DNA of 64,000 bases from Bradyrhizobium sp. (lineage in GTDB: Bacteria > Pseudomonadota > Alphaproteobacteria > Rhizobiales > Xanthobacteraceae), in the NCBI RefSeq assembly GCF_030693485.1, contig NZ_JAUYAN010000053.1, positions 1,258 to 65,257 on the forward strand. The letters are read 5' to 3'. Below, one piece after another: positions 37,709-46,746 of the stretch. Positions within the stretch are counted from its first letter, which is position 1. Each line of letters starts with the position of its first letter. The notes beneath the pieces are model-generated. The model worked only from the letters and a program-made list of their open reading frames with translations. It did not search any database and had not been told where the DNA came from. A program made the position numbers and the translations under genes.

Positions 37709-38854
37709 TCATCTTGACGCCTTCATCCCCGCGATAACGGGCGTCAGCTGGTCAAAAATGACCGAAGCCACAAGTTCCTGACCTTCGGACGTCCAGTGCG
37801 TGTCGTTCATGTATAGACAGCGGGGATCGGCCAGCACCGCGGGCAGCACATCGATGGTCGGGAGACCGATTTCCCGGAACATCTGGGCCAGCATTGATTG
37901 CGGCATCTTGAAGTCGTATTTGGAAATTTCCTTCGGATCGATCATTCGGGCCTGCAGGATCGGGTTGACCTGGTTTTCATCCGGAAGCAGGGCCACGACC
38001 ACGGGCAAGGAGCTCCCTGCAAGGTTCTTGATTCGGTGAATCTGGCTAACTGCCGGCCTTGCATTGACTCGCTGCTCGCTGCTGTCGGCGAGATGAAAGG
38101 GCATGCGCGTTTTCTGAATCGCAAGATACGTTTCGCTGAAGTCGTCACACTGCTTGCGGATGAAGCTCTCCGATCCCGGAGGCCCCCGCTTCATCAGCAG
38201 CCTGGCCAAATGACTGTGATCGTAGAGAAAGACCTGGAGCTTGATCAAGCGGCGGGCCGCGGCTTCAGGGGTGATCAAATGCCCGCGGATTGCCGTATAC
38301 GCCTTGCTGAGGCTCGTGATCGGCGAGAACGTGTCATTGCCGACGAAAAAACCGACGAGGATCAGATCGGGCTCGAACCGATATCCATAGTGTTCGTAGT
38401 ACTGTGCGTATTGAAGCGGATCCCACCCGCCGACTCCCGCGTTCACCACCTCGATTTTGGGGCCGTACACGCGCTTCAGGTGCCTCTCCAGCGCTTTCGG
38501 ATAAGCCTCTTCCTGTCGAACGTTCGTACCGACCGTAAACGAGTCGCCCAACACCAGGATTCGAAAAACGCCTGGCGGCTTTTTCAGCGGGACTTCGACG
38601 TCCCGATGGCCATGACTGTTTGCGACGCCGGGGATTCCCATTTGATAGGTGCCGGTACCGCCCGGCTTGAGCCGGTATCCGGTATACGGATCGGGCTCGA
38701 AATACATGTTTGTTTCATTCGAGAATGGGATCGGATGAAAAATCGCCAACCCTAGTTCGATCGCGCCAACGGTCAGGATACATGTCAGCAGGGGCACCAG
38801 AATCTGGAAGAGCCGCTGCCGCCAGTTCAGATTCTCGAGATTGGAAGTCGCCAT
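37709..38854 (-). CDS. membrane-anchored SGNH/AlgX-AlgJ-like hydrolase/acyltransferase
   Basis: N-terminal TM helix. SGNH blocks: LVLGDSFTVG (I), NAGVGGW (II), GFFVGND (III), NDTHWTSEG (V, D-x-H-W as in AlgJ/AlgX). Confidence 0.75.
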   Translation of the reverse strand: MATSNLENLNWRQRLFQILVPLLTCILTVGAIELGLAIFHPIPFSNETNMYFEPDPYTGYRLKPGGTGTYQMGIPGVANSHGHRDVEVPLKKPPGVFRILVLGDSFTVGTNVRQEEAYPKALERHLKRVYGPKIEVVNAGVGGWDPLQYAQYYEHYGYRFEPDLILVGFFVGNDTFSPITSLSKAYTAIRGHLITPEAAARRLIKLQVFLYDHSHLARLLMKRGPPGSESFIRKQCDDFSETYLAIQKTRMPFHLADSSEQRVNARPAVSQIHRIKNLAGSSLPVVVALLPDENQVNPILQARMIDPKEISKYDFKMPQSMLAQMFREIGLPTIDVLPAVLADPRCLYMNDTHWTSEGQELVASVIFDQLTPVIAGMKASR

Positions 38855-39127
38855 TTTTGCGGGTTTCGGAGCGGGATATCAGACCTGACGGGATTACGTT
38901 GGCACGGAGGTGAAGTCCGGCGGCGTTGCGGCACGGGCGGAACTTGACCTCGTACTACAATCCGATCCCCGCCAACGCAATGCCTGCGGCAACCGGAGCG
39001 TCATGCGGTGCATCACAGCCGCTCGCGCGGGTGAGACATTGCGGAGATCGTGGACCGCGCCGATCTGTGCGATGTAGATTTTCCTGCGCCACGCGGCTAA
39101 CCTGCGGACACACAGAGTTGGGACAGC

Positions 39128-39697
39128 ATGAGCAAAAGTTGCAGCGATAGTGTGGGTCCGGAAAGCGTCGTTCGGCGTGCGCGGTCCAGGGCGACGCGGC
39201 TGGGCCGCGCCATTGTTGTCGTTGCTGCCGTGATGCCAATGCTGCTCGCAGCCGGCGATGTCGCCGAAGCCGCGACGGTCCGGCAGGGCGTCGCCGCGTT
39301 CGACCGCCAGAACTATGTGCGGGCGTCGCAAATCTTCATACCCTTCGCCGAGCGGGGCGACCCTGCCGCGCAGACCTATCTCGGCATCATGTTCGAAACC
39401 GGACGCGGCGTTCCGCAGAATTACACCGAGGCGGCGATGTGGTACCGCCGCGCCGCGGAGCAGGGCGACAGTCTCGCGCAATATTCCCTCGGCCTGCTCT
39501 ACGATCGGGGGCTGGGCGTGCCGCAGGATATCGTCGAAGCCAGCAAATGGCTCAACCTCGCCGTCGCGGCGGCACCGCCGCGGGCCCGGGAAGCCCGCGT
39601 TCGTATTCGGGATGCCGTGACCAGCAAGATGACCCGTGGCGAGATTGCCCAGGCCCGGTTGCGTGCGCTGGAATGGGTGCCGAGCCGCGAGCGCTGA
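39128..39697 (+). CDS. Sel1-repeat (TPR-like) protein with N-terminal signal/anchor
   Basis: Three Sel1-like units (AQTYLGIMFETGRGVPQNYTEAAMWYRRAAEQG; LAQYSLGLLYDRGLGVPQDIVEASKWLNLA). Confidence 0.8.
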   Translation: MSKSCSDSVGPESVVRRARSRATRLGRAIVVVAAVMPMLLAAGDVAEAATVRQGVAAFDRQNYVRASQIFIPFAERGDPAAQTYLGIMFETGRGVPQNYTEAAMWYRRAAEQGDSLAQYSLGLLYDRGLGVPQDIVEASKWLNLAVAAAPPRAREARVRIRDAVTSKMTRGEIAQARLRALEWVPSRER

Positions 39698-39814
39698 ATT
39701 TCCGATTTACGGTATCAAGATACCTTATAAACTGCCAAAAAGGGCTTGCGTTTTCATTGCATGGGGTTGTTTTCGATATTTTTGCAGACACGCCGCAGCA
39801 GGCGCCGGGCCGCA

Positions 39815-40372
39815 TCAGTTCAGCAGCGCCTCGGCCAGCCAGCCGAGCCAGATTGCCGGCGCCAGGAACGCGCCAAAGGGAAGGTAGGCGGTCGCCTTCA
39901 ACGCGCGCTTCCGCAGAGTGCCCGACGCGACATAGGCGCCGAGCGCCGACAGGGTGGCCAGTTCGATCACCGCAAACACCGTGACCAGGCCGAGCCAGGC
40001 GCCCGCCACTGCGGCCAGCTTGATATCGCCGAAGCCGAGCCCGTCGCGGCCGCGCCAGGTGCGGTAGGCGGCCATCAGCGCCAGAAACGGCAGGGCTATG
40101 GCCGCGGCGCGCAAGGCCGCCCACATCGCGGCGTAGCCATCCGCCTCGGGTCCGACCAGGCCGGCGCGCAATAGCGCCAGCGCGAATGCCGCGCCCGTCA
40201 GTTCGTTCGGGATGATGTAGCGGCGGGAGTCGGTCACGGCGATCGCCAGCATCAGGGCGGCCAGCAAAGCACCCAGCAGCCCGTCAGGGCCGGGTGCGGC
40301 GAGCAGGCTGCCCATCACCGCGGCGAGCAGCGCGAAGCTGATGGCGATGGGCCGAAGCGATCGCGCGATCAC
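39815..40372 (-). CDS. gspO: short A24-family prepilin peptidase (no N-terminal methyltransferase-type domain)
   Basis: 185 aa, polytopic. Catalytic Asp contexts AVTDSRRYIIPN and GFGDIKLAA. GTG start 4 nt after the gspD stop. Confidence 0.7.
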   Translation of the reverse strand: MIARSLRPIAISFALLAAVMGSLLAAPGPDGLLGALLAALMLAIAVTDSRRYIIPNELTGAAFALALLRAGLVGPEADGYAAMWAALRAAAIALPFLALMAAYRTWRGRDGLGFGDIKLAAVAGAWLGLVTVFAVIELATLSALGAYVASGTLRKRALKATAYLPFGAFLAPAIWLGWLAEALLN

Positions 40373-40376
40373 GTCC

Positions 40377-42731
40377 TTAACGCGCGAGCCCGGTCTTCGG
40401 ATCGACCATGATCACGCGATTGCTGGTGCCGACCAGCCGGTTGTTCATCTTGGCGCGCATTTCCTCGGCGATGACATGCGCATCGAGGGCGTCCTTGATC
40501 ACGGTCGGGCGGATGAACAGGATCAGTTCGGTTCGCGCCCGCGATTTGTTCTGATGCGAGAAGGCGTCGCCGATGCCGGGAATGGAATCCAGCAGCGGAA
40601 TGCCCTGCCGCTGCGTGCTCTCGGTCTCGTTGATGAGCCCCGCCAGCAGGACGGTCTGGCCGCTGTTGACGGAAATCGAACTTTTTACGCGGCGTTGCGA
40701 GATCGTCGGCGTCAGGTTCGGTGCTCCCGCAGCCCCGCCTCCGGCGGCGACGTTGCTGATTTCCTGTTCGATATCGAGCACGATGTTGCCGGTGGCATTG
40801 GCGCGGGGCAGCACACGAAGGATGATTCCGGTGTTCTTGTAGTCGATGGTGTTGACCACGGTGTTGTTGGCGGTCAGAACCGTCGCGCTGCCGGTCGAGA
40901 ACGGCACCTGGTCGCCGACCTGCAGCGTCGCCGGCTGGTTGTCGAGCACCACCAGCGACGGGTTCGACAGCACCTTGACGTTGGTGACGTTGTGGAGAGC
41001 GTCGAGAATGACCCGCGGCGAGTTCTCGGCGCCGATCAGGAAATTGAAACCGGGAAGCACCCGATTCATCAGGGCGCCGGCGGCGGCGTTGACGGCGTTG
41101 ACCGGAGGCTCGACGCTGTTGGCGAGGCCGCCTGTGCTCGCGCCGGTGCTGATCACGTTCGAGATCGAGCCCTTCTTGCTCGCCAGGAAGAACTGCACGC
41201 CGTAATTCAATTGATCGTTCAGCGTGACTTCGGCGATGGTTGCCTCGATCGCGATCTGGCGCTGCGGCCGGTCGATCTGGCGGATGGTTTGTTCGACGAC
41301 ACGCTGCGATTCCTGGTTGGCGTAGACCAGCACGGCGTTGTTGGTGATGTCGGCGGTAATCCGGACGTTCTGCAGAATGGCGTTGCCGGCCGGTCGGGGG
41401 CCTGCGCCCAGAATGCCGCCGGGCGTATCCTGTCCGGCGGACGGAGCGCCGGCGCCCGGGGCGGCGCGAACGTTGAGCGTCGTCGTGGCGCTGGCGGCGG
41501 GAGGCGCCGCGCCCGAGGCCTGGGTCGGCATGCCGCTCAACGCGGCGATCGGGTTGGCTCCCGACGACGAAACCGAAATGCCGGCGCCCGGCGAAATCTG
41601 GCTGTTGGCGCTGTCGAGCGTGCCGCTGGCCTGGCCGTGACCGGTCAGGATCTCGTTGAGCAGCGCGACGACCTGTTTCGAATTGCCGTAGCGCAGCGGA
41701 TAGGATTTCAGATTGACGCCCGCGGTATCGGACCTGTCGAGCCGCGCGATCCAGGTCTGCGCGCGCTTGAGATATTCGGGCTTCTGGCTGACCACCAGAA
41801 TGGAATTGAGCCGGCCGATCGGCTGGAACTTGACCATGTTCTGGCCAAGGCCGCCTTCGCCGGAATCCATGATCTTCTCGATCTCTGATATCAGCGGCTC
41901 GGGCGTGGAGTTGCGTACCGGGAAGATGCCGACCGATTGCCCGCGCATCCAGTCGGCGTCGAAGGAGAGGATGGTATCGATCGCCGCGGCGCGGTCGGCG
42001 CCGCTGCCCTGGATCACCAGCGTGTTGCGCGCGGTATCCGGGCGGACGGTGTTGGCCTTGACGCCGAATGCGTCCAGCAGCTTGAAGACGTTCTGTGCCG
42101 AGACGTAGCGCAGCGGCACCACGCTGATGCCCTGACCGGCCTCGGCGGACGCTTTGCGGTCGATGCTGCCGGGGCCTGCTTCGGCACCGGGCAGCAGGCG
42201 GTATCCGCCGCGATCGCGCACCAGCGCCACGCCGGACATCCGCAGCGCGTTTTCGAGCACATAGAGCGCATCGGACTTCGGGATCGGGCGAACCGATGCC
42301 AGCGTCACCGTACCCTGTACCCGGGGATCGATGGTGTAGCCCACTCCCAATACGTCACCCAGAATGACCTTTGCCACCGTGGCGACCGGCGCGTTCTCGA
42401 AGTTGAGGTCGTAGCCGCTGGCGCCGGAATCGTCCCGGTCGATCAGGGCAGCGCCCTGCGGTCGCGACCCGTCGGCCAGATAGATCGCGGGATTCGAGGC
42501 GCCCTGCTGCCGGATGCCCGAGTTCCCGGCTTCGGTGGTCTGGCGCGGCGACAGGTCCATCGAGCGGATCTTGTCGGCGATATCCTGGGCGCGGGGGTCC
42601 CTGGGATTGCCTTCGATCGATTGATCGGCGGTCAGGATGCAGGCCGTCAGGAAGAAAGCGGACAAAGACAGAACCAGCGTTCCAGACAACGCTGAACGCA
42701 GGCGCGAAAGCGGGTGGACCACTTTGGACAA
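40377..42731 (-). CDS. gspD: type II secretion system secretin GspD (with lipobox)
   Basis: N0-N3 domains and a C-terminal secretin domain (VLSNPSLVVLDNQPATLQVGDQVPF..., GIPLLDSIPGIGDAF). N-terminus ...LSAFFLTAC. Start is TTG 42731 or GTG 42722. Confidence 0.9.
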   Translation of the reverse strand: MSKVVHPLSRLRSALSGTLVLSLSAFFLTACILTADQSIEGNPRDPRAQDIADKIRSMDLSPRQTTEAGNSGIRQQGASNPAIYLADGSRPQGAALIDRDDSGASGYDLNFENAPVATVAKVILGDVLGVGYTIDPRVQGTVTLASVRPIPKSDALYVLENALRMSGVALVRDRGGYRLLPGAEAGPGSIDRKASAEAGQGISVVPLRYVSAQNVFKLLDAFGVKANTVRPDTARNTLVIQGSGADRAAAIDTILSFDADWMRGQSVGIFPVRNSTPEPLISEIEKIMDSGEGGLGQNMVKFQPIGRLNSILVVSQKPEYLKRAQTWIARLDRSDTAGVNLKSYPLRYGNSKQVVALLNEILTGHGQASGTLDSANSQISPGAGISVSSSGANPIAALSGMPTQASGAAPPAASATTTLNVRAAPGAGAPSAGQDTPGGILGAGPRPAGNAILQNVRITADITNNAVLVYANQESQRVVEQTIRQIDRPQRQIAIEATIAEVTLNDQLNYGVQFFLASKKGSISNVISTGASTGGLANSVEPPVNAVNAAAGALMNRVLPGFNFLIGAENSPRVILDALHNVTNVKVLSNPSLVVLDNQPATLQVGDQVPFSTGSATVLTANNTVVNTIDYKNTGIILRVLPRANATGNIVLDIEQEISNVAAGGGAAGAPNLTPTISQRRVKSSISVNSGQTVLLAGLINETESTQRQGIPLLDSIPGIGDAFSHQNKSRARTELILFIRPTVIKDALDAHVIAEEMRAKMNNRLVGTSNRVIMVDPKTGLAR

Positions 42732-42767
42732 AATACGCCTACTGTCGCTGCACTAAACTGGAAAAAC

Positions 42768-42794
42768 ACGTCCGATCCGGCATGGCCCGGACGT
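42768..42794. promoter_or_regulatory. inverted repeat in gspD/gspE divergent promoter
   Basis: ACGTCCG-N13-CGGACGT within the AT-rich 42732-42908 spacer. Confidence 0.3.
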
Positions 42795-42908
42795 TCAAAA
42801 ATTTGCTTCACGATTATGTTTTTGCTAGTAAATAAGTCAAGAGCAAAGGCATTCCGTCACACGCGAGAGCTGTTGCTTTCCAGTAACAAGGTTAGCGCTG
42901 TGAATTCG

Positions 42909-44597
42909 ATGCGAGACCTTTCCGCAGAGACCTTCCGGCAGCATCTCCTCGAAAAATATTCATTGCCGCCGAAGGCGCGCGCCCGCGTCGTAAATTCCGC
43001 CAAAACCGCTCTGGCACGGCCGCTGCGCGAGTTGTGGGAAGCCACCGATCTGTCGGCCGCCGAATTCGCCGACGAAGTTTCGGACTATTGGGGCGTCGTC
43101 AGGCTCAGCCTGCCGCAGCTGTTGGCGTCCACGCCCTGCCTCGACGGATTCTCCCGCCGCTTCCTGCGGGAGTCCACGATCTTCCCGGTGCGTGCGCCCA
43201 ACGGCCATTACCGGCTGGCGGTCGCCGACCCCTCCGATACCGCCGGCATTCGCGCCGCGGAAATCGTGTTCGGCGCGCCGGTCGAGGTTGCGGTGGCGTC
43301 GTTCGAGGACATCACGACGCTGCTCGACCAGCGGCTCGACGCAGACGACGCCATTGCCGATGAGACGTCGAAGGGATCGAGCCAGCAATCCGACGACGAT
43401 ATCGAGAGCCTGCGCGATCTCGCCAGCGGCGCACCGGTGGTGCGTGCGCTCAACGACCTTCTGGAGCGCGCGGTCGAGCTTCGCGCCAGCGACATTCACA
43501 TCGAGCCGTTTCGCACCGGCCTCGTCGTGCGGATGCGCGTCGACGGACTGCTGCGGGCGATGACGGCGCCGTCGGGCATTCCGCCGCAGGCGCTGATCTC
43601 GCGGGTGAAAATCCTCGCTGGCCTCAATATCGCGGAACGGCGGCTGCCGCAGGACGGCGCGGCGCGGGTTCGCGTCAGCCGCTCCGAACTCGATGTCCGC
43701 GTCGCCACCATGCCGACCCAGTCGGGCGAAAGCGCCGTCATCCGCCTGTTGCCGCGCGACCGCGGCCTGCTCGAGATGGGAAGGCTCGGCCTCGTCGCGA
43801 GGGATGAAGCGATCATGACGCGGCTGCTGGCGCTGCCGCACGGCATGATCGTGGTGACCGGGCCGACCGGCAGCGGCAAGACCACGACGCTGGCGACCAT
43901 GCTGTCGATCCTGAACGAGCCGACCCGCAAGATCCTGACCATCGAGGATCCGGTCGAATACGAGATTCCCGGCATCAACCAATCACAGGTCAAGCCGTCG
44001 ATCGGATTGACCTTCGCCTCGGCCATGCGGTCCTTCGTCCGCCAGGACCCCGACGTCATCATGGTCGGCGAAATCCGCGACGCCGAGACCGCGCATATTG
44101 CGATCCATGCCGCGCTGACCGGCCATCTCGTTCTGACGACCCTGCACACCGATACCGCGGCGGCGGCGGTACCGCGGCTGATCGATCTCGGCATCGAGGG
44201 CTTTCTGCTGAAGTCGACGCTGCGGGCGGTGGTGGCGCAGCGGCTGGTGCGGGTGCTGTGCGATCGCTGCAAGGTGCCGCACAGCCTGACGGCCGAGGAC
44301 ATCGACAACGACCCGCGCTTCGCCGTGATCGGCTTCAAGGCCGGCGAGGTGATCCACGAAGCCGGCGGCTGCGAACGCTGCGGCGGCACCGGCTATCGCG
44401 GCCGCAACGGCGTCTTCGAGATCCTCGAAATGTCCGACGAGGTTCGCAAGCTGGTCGGACCGCAGACGGATTCGCACACCATCGACCAGGCCGCGATGGC
44501 CGGCGGCATGACCACGATGCTGGCGGACGCCGTCGTCAAGTGCCGCGCGGGGCTCACCACCGTGCCCGAGGTTTTCCGCGTCACGACGATTCGGTGA
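42909..44597 (+). CDS. gspE: type II secretion ATPase GspE
   Basis: Walker A GPTGSGKTT, Asp/His boxes, tetracysteine CDRC...CERCGGTG. Start is ATG 42909 (or GTG 42900). The track start 42714 overlaps gspD. Confidence 0.9.
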   Translation: MRDLSAETFRQHLLEKYSLPPKARARVVNSAKTALARPLRELWEATDLSAAEFADEVSDYWGVVRLSLPQLLASTPCLDGFSRRFLRESTIFPVRAPNGHYRLAVADPSDTAGIRAAEIVFGAPVEVAVASFEDITTLLDQRLDADDAIADETSKGSSQQSDDDIESLRDLASGAPVVRALNDLLERAVELRASDIHIEPFRTGLVVRMRVDGLLRAMTAPSGIPPQALISRVKILAGLNIAERRLPQDGAARVRVSRSELDVRVATMPTQSGESAVIRLLPRDRGLLEMGRLGLVARDEAIMTRLLALPHGMIVVTGPTGSGKTTTLATMLSILNEPTRKILTIEDPVEYEIPGINQSQVKPSIGLTFASAMRSFVRQDPDVIMVGEIRDAETAHIAIHAALTGHLVLTTLHTDTAAAAVPRLIDLGIEGFLLKSTLRAVVAQRLVRVLCDRCKVPHSLTAEDIDNDPRFAVIGFKAGEVIHEAGGCERCGGTGYRGRNGVFEILEMSDEVRKLVGPQTDSHTIDQAAMAGGMTTMLADAVVKCRAGLTTVPEVFRVTTIR

Positions 44598-44601
44598 ACC
44601 G

Positions 44602-45816
44602 ATGCCGAATTACCGTTATCGTGCTCTCAACAGCAACGGCGAACTGGTTTCCGGCGCGATCGCGGCGACCGCACCCGGAGATGTCGCGCAGCGGATCGAG
44701 CGTCTCGGTCTGGTGCTGGTCGACAACGTAACCCTCGAGGAGGGGGGCGGCTCGGCACGCAGCGGCTTCAGTCTCTTCAACAAGCCCAGGGCGGAAGACG
44801 TCACGATTTTCACCCGCGACCTCGCGCTGCTGCTGCGCGCCGGCGCGCGCATCAATGACGGCCTCGAACTGCTCGCCGCCGACCGCGATTTCGGCCGCTT
44901 GCGGCCGGTGGTCGCCGATATCAGGTCGCGCGTCGTCGCCGGCGAGAGCTTCGCCGAATCGCTGGCGCGGCACGAGGCGTTGTTTCCGGCGATGTATGTC
45001 GCTCTGATCCGGGTCGGCGAGGCGTCCGGCTCGCTGGATCAGGTGCTCGAAGTGCTTGCCGACGAACGCAGCCGCAACGAGGCGCTGAAACGAAGGCTCG
45101 GCGACGCCATCCGCTATCCGCTGTTCGTGCTCGGCGCCGCGGCTTGCGTGCTGCTGTTCTTTCTCACATTCGTGCTGCCGCAATTCGCCAGCGTGCTGAC
45201 GGATTTCGGCGCCAAGGTCGATCCGATCGTTCTGACGTTTCTGAACTTCTCGACGGTGATGCGCAATAATTCCGACGCGGTGCTGGCCATCCTCGCCGCC
45301 GCCATCGCCGGAAGCTGGCTGTTGTTGCGCCGGGAAAGCGTTCGACGTGGCCTGACCAACCGGCTGACCCGGCTGCCGGCGATCCGCCAGGTGATGATGT
45401 ACTACCGGACCTCGCTGTTTTGCCGCAATCTCGGGGTTCTGCTCGGAAGCGGCGTGAACCTGACGACGACGCTGCGCATTCTGGTCGACATGATGTCGAC
45501 CGCGGGTCCCGTCGCGGTCTGGACCGACGCCGCCGACCGCGTGCGCCATGGCGCAAAACTGTCGGATGCGCTATCCGATACCAACGCGTTACCGGCGATG
45601 GCGGTGCGGATGCTGCGGCTTGGCGATGAAACCGGACAATTGCCGATGCTGGCTGGCCGCGTCGCCGAGTTCTACGAGGCAAAGCTGCAGCGCACGCTCG
45701 ATCGCGTGGTCGGGATCGCCGGCCCCGCGGCGATCGTCGTCATCAGCATCGTCGTCGGCGGTTTGATCGTGTCTGTGATGACGGCGCTGATGTCCGTCAG
45801 CCAGATTATCGGCTGA
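44602..45816 (+). CDS. gspF: type II secretion inner-membrane platform protein GspF
   Basis: Duplicated T2SSF domains and three TM segments. Starts 4 nt after gspE. Confidence 0.9.
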   Translation: MPNYRYRALNSNGELVSGAIAATAPGDVAQRIERLGLVLVDNVTLEEGGGSARSGFSLFNKPRAEDVTIFTRDLALLLRAGARINDGLELLAADRDFGRLRPVVADIRSRVVAGESFAESLARHEALFPAMYVALIRVGEASGSLDQVLEVLADERSRNEALKRRLGDAIRYPLFVLGAAACVLLFFLTFVLPQFASVLTDFGAKVDPIVLTFLNFSTVMRNNSDAVLAILAAAIAGSWLLLRRESVRRGLTNRLTRLPAIRQVMMYYRTSLFCRNLGVLLGSGVNLTTTLRILVDMMSTAGPVAVWTDAADRVRHGAKLSDALSDTNALPAMAVRMLRLGDETGQLPMLAGRVAEFYEAKLQRTLDRVVGIAGPAAIVVISIVVGGLIVSVMTALMSVSQIIG

Positions 45817-45827
45817 AGGTTGAGGAG

Positions 45828-46289
45828 ATGGCGGTGCGTCGAAGTCCAACAATCAGCGCGGCGAGAAGGCGGTCGCGGCGCGGGCAGGCCGGTTTCACGC
45901 TGGTCGAAATTCTCGTGGTCATCACCATCATCGGGCTGATCATGGCGCTGGTCGGGCCGCGGGTGCTGAACTATCTCGGCGAATCCAAGGCCAAGGCCGC
46001 CAAGATCCAGATCGAGAGCTTTTCCAGTGCGCTCGATCTCTATTATCTCGATCTCGGACGCTATCCGAATTCCAGCGAAGGCCTTGCCGCATTGACGCGC
46101 AGCAATAACGCGGCGGGCTGGAACGGGCCGTATTTGCGCGGCGGCGTGGTTCCCAACGATCCGTGGGGCCATAGCTATGTCTATCGTTCGCCCGGCGAGC
46201 GGTCGCCGTACGAAATCATTTCCCTCGGATCCGACGGGCAAGAAGGCGGCAGTGGAACGGCAACCGACATTGCCAGCGGCGCGCGCTGA
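45828..46289 (+). CDS. gspG: major pseudopilin GspG
   Basis: G|FTLVEILVV prepilin motif and GspG core (DLGRYP, GWNGPYL, DPWGHSYVY, SLGSDGQEGG). GAGGAG RBS. Confidence 0.9.
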   Translation: MAVRRSPTISAARRRSRRGQAGFTLVEILVVITIIGLIMALVGPRVLNYLGESKAKAAKIQIESFSSALDLYYLDLGRYPNSSEGLAALTRSNNAAGWNGPYLRGGVVPNDPWGHSYVYRSPGERSPYEIISLGSDGQEGGSGTATDIASGAR

Positions 46290-46746
46290 GCACGGCCATC
46301 GCGAACAGGGTTTCGCGCTGATCGAGATGCTGTGCGTGCTCGCCATCATCGGCCTGCTCGCGGCCATCATCCTGCCGGCGATCCCGCGTGCGACCACGCG
46401 GGCCAAGCTCGAGAGCTATGCGGTGCAGACCGCGGCGCTGCTGAAGGCGGACCGCAACGCGGCGCTGCGCCGGCAAGTCCAGGTGACGACGCTGGTCGAT
46501 GCGGCGGGGCGATCGATCCGCTCCGGCGCGACCGGCGCCATCATCCGCTTGCCCGACGATGTTTCGCTGGATGCGATGCTGGCATCGCGGTGCGCGGATC
46601 GCAGCGCCGGCCGCTCGATCGACTTCTTTCCCTCGGGCATGTCGTGCGGCGGCGTGCTGGCGCTGGCGCGTCCGGGGATGGGCTTCGAGGTTCGCGTCAA
46701 CTGGCTGACGGGAGGCGTCGATATTGTCCCGCAGAAGATCCTCTAG
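46270..46746 (+). CDS. gspH: minor pseudopilin GspH
   Basis: A TTG at 46270 gives MPAARAEHGHREQG|FALIEMLCVLAIIGLL. The later ATG would delete the prepilin motif. Overlaps the gspG end by 20 nt. Confidence 0.6.
   Translation: MPAARAEHGHREQGFALIEMLCVLAIIGLLAAIILPAIPRATTRAKLESYAVQTAALLKADRNAALRRQVQVTTLVDAAGRSIRSGATGAIIRLPDDVSLDAMLASRCADRSAGRSIDFFPSGMSCGGVLALARPGMGFEVRVNWLTGGVDIVPQKIL

Noticed and set aside
40341-41888. 515-aa plus-strand ORF
   Set aside because: Antisense to gspD, with Arg/Gly/Asp-rich non-protein-like composition.
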